Source: a virus (lineage: Duplodnaviria > Caudoviricetes). Taken from it: a DNA stretch of 64,000 nucleotides. The position numbers were made by a program, and so were the translations under genes. Positions within the stretch are counted from its first letter, which is position 1. Each line of letters opens with the position of its first letter. This document shows, one piece after another, positions 1-7,563 of the stretch. The notes under the pieces were generated by a model that saw nothing but the letters and a program-made list of their open reading frames with translations, was not told the DNA's origin and ran no database searches. Location of the stretch: positions 96,001 to 160,000 of IMG/VR virus record IMGVR_UViG_3300042892_002922; one strand, written 5' to 3'.

Positions 1-1
1 T

Positions 2-193
2 TACGCGATATCCAGCTTTAACACTATTTTTTTTAGGTTTTCTAGGTCCACTATAATAAAATGTGATTGGATTTCTTGTGATAATAGCTTTTACAATCGG
101 TCTAGTTTTAGTCGTTTTAAGAATTGAACTATTTTCATAACCCTGTTTAACTTGTTCTTCTATTATCTCTGAAAAATATTCTTCAAGTGTCAT
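2..193 (-). CDS. 5' part of a probable WYL-domain protein (runs off the window start)
   Basis: Manual translation from ATG at 193: MTLEEYFSEIIEEQVKQGYENSSILKTTKTRPIVKAIITRNPITFYYSGPRKPKKNSVKAGYRV. 'KAI..R.PITFYY....G.R.' resembles the start of a WYL domain. It lies 1 nt downstream of the upstream ORF's stop. Confidence 0.5.
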   Translation of the reverse strand, partial: MTLEEYFSEIIEEQVKQGYENSSILKTTKTRPIVKAIITRNPITFYYSGPRKPKKNSVKAGYRV

Positions 194-194
194 A

Positions 195-848
195 TTAAAA
201 ATCTGGGTATCTTTTAGTTTCTCCGTAAGCATTTCTAGCGATACCACTAGTTCTTTCCTTGATATCTGTTAATGAACCTACACGACCATTATTTTCACCC
301 TTACCAAATTCATCACCATCAGAAATAGCATCGGGATTTGTACTATTATATTGGTTTTGATTACCGTATCGATTTTTACCGGTTAACGTTTTTCTTTCGT
401 TGATATCGGTTGACGAACCAACTTTACCATCAAACTCACCTTTACCTTTTTCATCACCATCAGATAACGCATTTCTGTTTACTGTGCTATAAAATCGATT
501 TTCATTATAACCATTTTTAGCTAATAGTTTTTCTCTTTCATTGATATCTGTTAAAGTACCGACACTACCATTGCTACCAATTTGACCTTTACCTTTTTCA
601 TCACCATCAGATAAAGCATTAATGTTTCCGGAATTATACGAGTTATTTTCATTATATGAGTTTTTCCCCACTAATTGTTTTCTTTCTATAATGTCTTTTG
701 AACTACCGATTTCATTTTTACCTTTTTCGTCACCATCTGAAACAGCATTTGGATGTTCCCTGTTGTATGCACCATTTTGATCATAAGGGTTTCTAGCTAA
801 ATGTTCTTTTCTTTGTTGTTCGGCAATAATTTCTAATTGTGTCGCCAT
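195..848 (-). CDS. Hypothetical protein made of about 4.5 tandem 43-49 aa repeats (NA[LVI]SDGDE[KF]GK core)
   Basis: 217-aa ORF. The SDGDExGK...DIxER...N.Y motif recurs four times, plus a partial fifth unit. Confidence 0.85.
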   Translation of the reverse strand: MATQLEIIAEQQRKEHLARNPYDQNGAYNREHPNAVSDGDEKGKNEIGSSKDIIERKQLVGKNSYNENNSYNSGNINALSDGDEKGKGQIGSNGSVGTLTDINEREKLLAKNGYNENRFYSTVNRNALSDGDEKGKGEFDGKVGSSTDINERKTLTGKNRYGNQNQYNSTNPDAISDGDEFGKGENNGRVGSLTDIKERTSGIARNAYGETKRYPDF

Positions 849-849
849 A

Positions 850-1320
850 TTAATAATTTATGATTTTTTTCATTCTGTTTATTTCCTCAAACAAAGCACT
901 AGCAACTGATTTCTCTGAATTACTTTTAATACCTAAATTAATTCCTTGAGGTTTTTTTGTATGTGTTTTTAAATGGGCATTTTTACGTTGTAGACCAGTG
1001 TTATTATTAATGTTTGCACTAGCATCTTTTTTATCTCTAACCAAATCTCTTTCTCCGTTTAAAAAGGTACTTGCCCACTTTTCCATAACGTCCCCACCAT
1101 AAAGGTTATATGTGGATTTTTCATTTACCTTATCCATTGTTTTTAAATCATGGATAATTCTCTTTAATTGACCATAAGTCACCTTACCGTCTGAAAGTAA
1201 TTTTTCCGCACGTTTTTTACCCTTTGAATTTGTATCATTTAAACCCGTTACAGCGTGTCTAATTTGATTCAATACATTTGGGGGTATTGTATATACGTTT
1301 GATTGTAATTTACTGTTCAT
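850..1320 (-). CDS. Hypothetical protein, possibly head-associated
   Basis: 156 aa. 'KRAEKLL...QLKRII...YNLYGGDVMEKWA' recalls the RA..L..KRM..LWGGD..W domain of phage head-associated proteins. C-terminus is LFEEINRMKKIINY. Confidence 0.6.
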   Translation of the reverse strand: MNSKLQSNVYTIPPNVLNQIRHAVTGLNDTNSKGKKRAEKLLSDGKVTYGQLKRIIHDLKTMDKVNEKSTYNLYGGDVMEKWASTFLNGERDLVRDKKDASANINNNTGLQRKNAHLKTHTKKPQGINLGIKSNSEKSVASALFEEINRMKKIINY

Positions 1321-2050
1321 TTTTAAGGTAATCTAAAATTTGATCTAAGTCAAGATTATTGTCCTCAATAGTGCTTTTTAATGAATTAAGTTGTTTTTGA
1401 ACTAATGGGTTCAATTCCTTCTTTTCATTATCTTTTTTAAGAACATCATTATTTGTGTTTTTTCTGTCCAAAGCTGTTTGAATATAATCTTCCATAAACT
1501 TTTTAGGATTCTCAACTAATCTAACTAATTCCTTTTCCCCAGGGATGTAACCCATAGCGGATAATCTTTCTTTAGCTTCCTCGTCTGATAATCCCAATTT
1601 TTTCGTAAAATGTTTATATGCTTCTTTATATGACTCATCATCTCCTAGGGTATCATCATATCCAAGTGATTTACTCATATTAGCTTCACCCCAAAATCTT
1701 TTTGGTGCTTGCACTGTACCAGCGATGCCGTACATACCCATCATTCTAAACCCTGTTGCGGCCGCTTGGTCAGTAGTGCTATTAGACCCGATAAACTTTG
1801 TTGACAAGTTACCATTTTTTTCGCCTCTTTTAATGTTACCCTTTTCATCCACCACCTCTTCAACATCCTGTTCCGCTTTTTCTGGTATTTTATCAAAATC
1901 AGTTTTGCTAGAAAATTCACTAGCCCATTTACCCCACTTTTTACGTTCTTTCTTGGGTATTGATTTATCCGACGCTTTTGCGTAGAACAATTTTTGTTGC
2001 TTTTTAGACGCAAATGTCTCCTCAATTACTTTTTTAAAAAAATGATTCAT
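1310..2050 (-). CDS. Hypothetical protein (charged, helical)
   Basis: 246-aa ORF, first of a tightly packed minus-strand operon, with a TATTTAT motif upstream at 2066-2072. Confidence 0.8.
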   Translation of the reverse strand: MNHFFKKVIEETFASKKQQKLFYAKASDKSIPKKERKKWGKWASEFSSKTDFDKIPEKAEQDVEEVVDEKGNIKRGEKNGNLSTKFIGSNSTTDQAAATGFRMMGMYGIAGTVQAPKRFWGEANMSKSLGYDDTLGDDESYKEAYKHFTKKLGLSDEEAKERLSAMGYIPGEKELVRLVENPKKFMEDYIQTALDRKNTNNDVLKKDNEKKELNPLVQKQLNSLKSTIEDNNLDLDQILDYLKNEQ

Positions 2051-2102
2051 TTAAATACTTTATTAATAAATATCAAATCATACGAAAGATATTTATAATA
2101 AC

Positions 2103-2726
2103 ATGAATAGTCAGAATATTTTAAAGTTTTATGGTTCCAGATTGGATATTAAGTTGGATAGTTCAGAGTTTTACGACTATGAGATATCTAAAGTTTCAGG
2201 TGATTATAACACAGATGTCCTAGATTTAGGTTCCCCAATTACATATACTGGGTTAACGATTGATGAAAGTTTAGCATTTTTTAGTTGTTCTAGAATCACA
2301 ATAACGTTAAGTGAATATAATAATACTGTAAATGACCCCAGCTACATATATTCTGGGATATCATTTACTTTGGACTATGATAATTTTGTAAATAATTTTG
2401 GTTCACCATATGAACACATAATTTTAAATAACCATATATACACGTACACAGGTATTACTGGGGAAACCCATTATTTTAGAATTACTCAGTTTAATCAGAA
2501 TTTAAACATTGACGACAACTTATATGATTATTTAACGGATAACCCAACACCTACCCCTACACCAACAATAACGTCAACATCAACACCAACACCAACAATA
2601 AGTGCAACACCATATCAAACACCAACATTAACCACGACACCAAACCAAACATTAACACCAACACCAACACCAACAACAAATACTAATGGATTAAATACGG
2701 TTTTTGTCTCTTATACAATTTTATAA
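2103..2726 (+). CDS. Putative virion-associated protein with C-terminal Pro/Thr linker
   Basis: 207 aa. Globular N-terminus, then a PTPTPT tract and a short terminal strand (TVFVSYTIL). The stop overlaps the next start (TAATG). Confidence 0.75.
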   Translation: MNSQNILKFYGSRLDIKLDSSEFYDYEISKVSGDYNTDVLDLGSPITYTGLTIDESLAFFSCSRITITLSEYNNTVNDPSYIYSGISFTLDYDNFVNNFGSPYEHIILNNHIYTYTGITGETHYFRITQFNQNLNIDDNLYDYLTDNPTPTPTPTITSTSTPTPTISATPYQTPTLTTTPNQTLTPTPTPTTNTNGLNTVFVSYTIL

Positions 2727-3958
2727 TGATGAATAGTACTATAAACGAAAAAATAAAAGAACTTTTTGAATCAACACCCAAGAACATTAGTGTTGCTTTT
2801 GGTAAAAAAACGATCGCAGGGGAATTAACCGGTGAACTCGCATTTATGTTTATGGTTCCAGAGAAATTACCATTATCTGAAATCCCAGAACATGAAATAT
2901 TACCATCAACTGTCGTTATTGGTGATGACACATATAAAACAGATGTTATTGAAGTTGGTGAAATAAAACTTATTGCTTGTGATTCAAGCACAAATTCTAG
3001 TTGTTATGGTTGGCAATCAACTCCACCGAGTAATCAAAATACAATCAGACCTATAAAAGGTGGTATTCAAATAAGTTCGCACAATAACTCATTAAATTAC
3101 CCTAGTTCTATTACTGTGGGAACATTGGGGTTTATAGCAATAGATACTGAAACATCCGCAATAGTAGGGGTTTCAAACAACCACGTTTTGGTTAAAAATG
3201 CGTTTTATACTGGTGAAAGAAATATAAATGGCGCAAGTATAGAAAATGAAATAGATGATAATGTGTATCAAAATGGATTTGACCATTCAACTGGTGGAAC
3301 GATTGGTAAAGTTATTAGATACGTTCCTTTAACCAAATCTGGGGTAAATCAAGTTGATGGTGCTTTGTTTGCAATATATTCAAATGTAATATCTAATTCA
3401 GAATCTTTTTTACAACATGGATTATCAATTTCAACATCGATGCCATTTGCATCAACTTCGGAGATAAATAATGCATTAGTTGGTGATTATCCTTTGGCTA
3501 GTTCTGGTAGAAGTACTGGGGCTAAAATGAACAGCCCATGTGGATTGGTCGTTAATTCTTTAGGTGCCATAACATATGTTGGTCCGTTTTATGATAATGG
3601 CGGATATGAAACGCCATTGTTTAATGATTTAATTGCGTTTAGTAGAGAAAATGCCGATTGTAACTATCCTATTTATCCAGGAGATTCTGGTTCAGGTTTA
3701 CTTGCTAATATTGATGGAACTTGGAAAATTATTGGGCTTTGTTTTGCCGGTAGTAACACAATGGGATACGCTTGTAGAATTGATCATGTGGCTTCACAAT
3801 TAGGAATACAATCTTGGGATGGTACATCAAAACCATTTATCGATATTAATTCAATAGATATAAAAGCAGTGCTTGGCACTTCAACAGATAAAACAATTGA
3901 TTGTAGTGGTACAACATATTGGCAAATGGGGTCAGCTAATAATACAAACTTTTGTTAA
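2726..3958 (+). CDS. Trypsin-like (S1, Nal1-type) serine protease with N-terminal pro-domain
   Basis: Catalytic triad motifs SNNHVL (His), VDGAL (Asp) and PGDSGSG (Ser), plus GTLG. The N-terminal 'AFGKK..G..T...F.V..K.P...I....I.....TDV.EVG' matches the Nal1-type N-domain pattern. Confidence 0.85.
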   Translation: MMNSTINEKIKELFESTPKNISVAFGKKTIAGELTGELAFMFMVPEKLPLSEIPEHEILPSTVVIGDDTYKTDVIEVGEIKLIACDSSTNSSCYGWQSTPPSNQNTIRPIKGGIQISSHNNSLNYPSSITVGTLGFIAIDTETSAIVGVSNNHVLVKNAFYTGERNINGASIENEIDDNVYQNGFDHSTGGTIGKVIRYVPLTKSGVNQVDGALFAIYSNVISNSESFLQHGLSISTSMPFASTSEINNALVGDYPLASSGRSTGAKMNSPCGLVVNSLGAITYVGPFYDNGGYETPLFNDLIAFSRENADCNYPIYPGDSGSGLLANIDGTWKIIGLCFAGSNTMGYACRIDHVASQLGIQSWDGTSKPFIDINSIDIKAVLGTSTDKTIDCSGTTYWQMGSANNTNFC

Positions 3959-3990
3959 TAAGATTGAAAAATAACTAATTATAATATAGA

Positions 3991-6390
3991 ATGCCATATA
4001 GTTTAGAATTTGAGGGGATTATTTTATCTGGGTTTAGTAAAACCGTAATCGATTGTTCACAAAAACTTGCGGACCCAAATAACTGTTGCCCAATAACTCC
4101 AAAACTTTCAAATAAACCGTGGGCATATAAATTTGATACAGGGGCAGGTAGTGATAATTGTGACCCAATCATTAAAAGAAGAACTGAAAAAGGTTGGACA
4201 TTAGATTTTATATTTAACAGAGAAAACTTAAGTTGGGTATTTGGCGGGGTATTTTATTATTTGGGTGTTAGAGGGGATAACGACCCAAATAACTATGCTG
4301 ATAATAATCTATCATTTCAATTTACCTCAGATAGAAAAATTAAGTGGGTTGCTCATCATTATTCTGGGTATTGTGCAACTGATTTAGGTTATCAAGAAGT
4401 TTTTTACACAGCTTCTGGTTTAACGCCGACAATTTGTACTACTGATGAAACAAAAGATTTTAACGTCACAATTACATTTGATAGATATAAACATTATACG
4501 GATTGTGACATAGAGAACGATGGGGGTTGGAATGATTTATTACCTGGACCACGTTTAATACCATATACCCCAACTGACACAGGGGTAACGTCTACACATA
4601 TTTCTACTGGATATTATTTAACAAATTCAACAGGATCAACACTTTCAGGTGAAACTGAAGTTTATGTATATACTGAAGAATTAAATAAAAAATGGGCTAA
4701 CGAAAGACAAAGAAGATTAGGTACGTTAAAAATTTATTTAAATGGTAGACCAATATACAAATTAGAAGATTGGGAAGAAGTTATACCATCAAGTAGAGGT
4801 GTTCAACCATTCATACAATCTTGGGGTGGTGGGACTGGTTTAATGAATAATATACATGCTGGAGTTTGTTGTTTTAACATGAAATCCATAAAATATTATG
4901 AAGAACCATTGGATTTTGTTCATGTTAGGCATAATTTTTTAACTAGATTGAATGATTATGATTTCTTTATTTGTGGTGGTACTTGTGATGATGATATAAG
5001 TGGTTTTGTTCCGGAACCAACATCTACTAGAACACCGACACCTACACCGACGGTCACTGCTAGTTCAACTAGTACACCTACGGCAACTCCTACCGCGACT
5101 CTTACGAGTACACCAACACCAACACCTACGGTCACTGCTAGTTCAACTAGTACACCTACACCTACGGCAACTCCTACCGCGACTCTTACGAGTACACCAA
5201 CACCTACACCAGCTTTAATTATACCAGAAAATGATTTCACATATGTGATTATTCCTGGTAATGATTTACTATATGTCATTATTCCAAATAATGATTTTAC
5301 TTATACATTAATACCAACTAACGATTTAACTAGTACAATAATACCTAACAGTGATTTAGAGTATTTGGTTCTACCATTAAACGATATTAATTATACATTA
5401 ATACCAAATACCGATTTAACATATACATTAATTCCAAATTCCGATTTAAGTTATTCATTATTACAACCATCACCAACCCCAACAAGTACACCTACACCAA
5501 CACCAACACCTACGGAGACAAGTACACCAACCCCAACTAATACACCAACACCTACGGAGACAAGTACACCAACTGAGACCAGTACACCAACAAGTACACC
5601 GACACCAACAATGGTTCCATATAACAAAATTGTTGACTTAAACATAAATGATTCAATATCATATTCTGGAAGTGGAACAACGGTTACGGACATTTTGGGT
5701 AACACAAATGCAAGTATAATTGGTTCACCATCATATCAAAATGATGGATGTACTTCGTCAATAGTGTTGAACGGTACCAGTCAATATATTTTAACCAACA
5801 CCTCAATTAATACACTTTATGATTCTACAGATACATCTATATTTCTTTGGGTTTATTTAACAGATAATGGTGTAATATTGAGTGAACAAGGTAGTGCTGT
5901 TTTAAACATTGGTTGGCACGATTCACAAATTGAAATGGTTAGTGGAACATTAAAGTTTAGTGTTTGGCCATATGGTAGTGAAATAACATCATCAATATCA
6001 ACACCTCTTAATAATTGGTACTATATTGGATTTGTACAGAACAATACAACTTTAACCGCATATGTAAATGGACAAAGTGCTGGTTCATCAACAGTTGTTA
6101 GAGAGGCACCGTACCAAAGTAGTAATGGTTTATATTATGCAATAGGTACCGCAGATAGTACGAACTTAGGTGATGGTACATATTCTGCATTGAAATTTGG
6201 TAGATTAGAAATATGGGATGGTGCGATTTCATCTTCAGATGTTTTACAGAACTATAATGATTCAGTAACCACTTGGATTTGTCCTACACCGACCCCAACC
6301 CCTACACCAACTATAAATCCAAGTTGTGATATCACATACAATATAGTGCCTTTTGATATGACTTGTGACATAACTTATAATATAATATAA
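3991..6390 (+). CDS. Multidomain putative virion protein: N-domain, PT linker, 8x10-aa repeat, PT linker, LamG/ConA-like domain, PT linker
   Basis: LamG-like motifs WYYIGFVQNNTTLTAYVNGQ and GRLEIWDGAISSSDVLQNYN at about 5620-6285. Thr/Pro tracts flank the domains. Confidence 0.8.
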   Translation: MPYSLEFEGIILSGFSKTVIDCSQKLADPNNCCPITPKLSNKPWAYKFDTGAGSDNCDPIIKRRTEKGWTLDFIFNRENLSWVFGGVFYYLGVRGDNDPNNYADNNLSFQFTSDRKIKWVAHHYSGYCATDLGYQEVFYTASGLTPTICTTDETKDFNVTITFDRYKHYTDCDIENDGGWNDLLPGPRLIPYTPTDTGVTSTHISTGYYLTNSTGSTLSGETEVYVYTEELNKKWANERQRRLGTLKIYLNGRPIYKLEDWEEVIPSSRGVQPFIQSWGGGTGLMNNIHAGVCCFNMKSIKYYEEPLDFVHVRHNFLTRLNDYDFFICGGTCDDDISGFVPEPTSTRTPTPTPTVTASSTSTPTATPTATLTSTPTPTPTVTASSTSTPTPTATPTATLTSTPTPTPALIIPENDFTYVIIPGNDLLYVIIPNNDFTYTLIPTNDLTSTIIPNSDLEYLVLPLNDINYTLIPNTDLTYTLIPNSDLSYSLLQPSPTPTSTPTPTPTPTETSTPTPTNTPTPTETSTPTETSTPTSTPTPTMVPYNKIVDLNINDSISYSGSGTTVTDILGNTNASIIGSPSYQNDGCTSSIVLNGTSQYILTNTSINTLYDSTDTSIFLWVYLTDNGVILSEQGSAVLNIGWHDSQIEMVSGTLKFSVWPYGSEITSSISTPLNNWYYIGFVQNNTTLTAYVNGQSAGSSTVVREAPYQSSNGLYYAIGTADSTNLGDGTYSALKFGRLEIWDGAISSSDVLQNYNDSVTTWICPTPTPTPTPTINPSCDITYNIVPFDMTCDITYNII
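5050..5204 (+). repeat. Near-perfect tandem duplication (78-nt unit; second copy has a 6-nt insertion) within a PT linker
   Basis: acggtcactgctagttcaactagtacacctac...gcgactcttacgagtacaccaacacc starts at 5050 and again at 5128. Confidence 0.9.
5218..5457 (+). repeat. Eight tandem 10-aa (30-nt) coding repeats, consensus [IL]IPxND[LF]TYx
   Basis: IIPENDFTYV IIPGNDLLYV IIPNNDFTYT LIPTNDLTST IIPNSDLEYL VLPLNDINYT LIPNTDLTYT LIPNSDLSYS. Confidence 0.9.
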
Positions 6391-6404
6391 AATAAAGATA
6401 TAAA

Positions 6405-7493
6405 ATGACAACAGTTCAAATATTAACAACAAACTATAGTGGTCAAACCGCCACAATCACATTTTCCCCGTGTAGTGGAGGAACTATAAATTTAGGTTCA
6501 CAAGTCATTCCTTACAATTATATAAGTGATAATTACTTAGGTGAATATTCGCTATATTTTGCGGATTTTAATCAAACCTGCACATTTAATGTTCCGTGTC
6601 CAACAGAAACTCCAACACCTACACCAACGGAAACTCCAACACCAACACCAACACCTACATCAACAGAAACTCCTACACCAACAACAACTCCAACCAATAC
6701 AGAAACCCCAACTAATACACCAACTCCAACTTCAACTGATTCGAGTTCAATAACTACATACACAATTTCAGGATGTACTAATCTAAATGTTTTAGTTGTC
6801 GATTTAGGACCAGGACTTATAGTTCCTGGAGATGTAAACTATTACACATTCACAGGAGCAACACCAAGTGGATGTTATTCAGTCATTGGTAAGATAAATG
6901 CTCCGATAGACGACGCGTTTACCACATCATTTGGAACTGGTGGATGTAATGATTGTGAGAGTACTTATATAACTCCAACCCCAACTCCTACGAGTACACC
7001 TACTCCAACATCAACAAATACCCCAACTCCTACGAGTACACCTACTCCAACACCTACATCAGGTCTTGTGGTAACAATTTTAGAGGTTGGTTCTGACGTT
7101 ATAATGTCAGGTTCCGGTTCTCTTAACCTAACAGGATTAATTGAAGGTTCAGTACAAACAGCCGGAGGTATTAACGGTACGTTGGGTTATTGGGTAATTG
7201 GTCAATCTAATCTATTTTTTGCTAGGAAATTTTTTGGAAATAATCTAAATGTTTACCCTAATAGTTTCGGTTCAGGATATACAGCACCAACATCATACTC
7301 GGGACAAACATTTGGTATTCAGGATGGGTCACTAGGTAAAGATATAATTTTACCGATAGGTTATACTTCAGGTAGTCCATTAAGTGGAACTGCAACGTTT
7401 GCAAATAAAACAATATCAGGTATGGGACTAACACCTGGTACTTATTTATATGATTGGGGAAGTGATTCGATAACATTACAAATCGGTTCTTAA
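6405..7493 (+). CDS. Multidomain putative virion protein: shared N-module, PT linker, Cys module, PT linker, C-terminal domain of the type found in PEP-CTERM surface proteins
   Basis: The N-terminal ~65 aa align with ORF 7564. C-terminus reads VTILEVGSDVIMSGSGSLNLTGL...LPIGYTSGSPLSGTATFANKTISGMGLTPGTYLYDWGSDSITLQIG. Confidence 0.75.
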   Translation: MTTVQILTTNYSGQTATITFSPCSGGTINLGSQVIPYNYISDNYLGEYSLYFADFNQTCTFNVPCPTETPTPTPTETPTPTPTPTSTETPTPTTTPTNTETPTNTPTPTSTDSSSITTYTISGCTNLNVLVVDLGPGLIVPGDVNYYTFTGATPSGCYSVIGKINAPIDDAFTTSFGTGGCNDCESTYITPTPTPTSTPTPTSTNTPTPTSTPTPTPTSGLVVTILEVGSDVIMSGSGSLNLTGLIEGSVQTAGGINGTLGYWVIGQSNLFFARKFFGNNLNVYPNSFGSGYTAPTSYSGQTFGIQDGSLGKDIILPIGYTSGSPLSGTATFANKTISGMGLTPGTYLYDWGSDSITLQIGS

Positions 7494-7563
7494 AAATAAA
7501 AAGTAACAAATAATAAAAGATACAACAGAATAAAGTATTTATAATAGACAAAAATAACAAACT

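Noticed and set aside
1725-2991. Small alternative-frame ORFs nested in longer genes (e.g. 1725-1985, 1741-2025, 2683-2991 and many similar ones across the window)
   Set aside because: They are fully overlapped by longer, motif-bearing ORFs and have atypical composition, as expected by chance.
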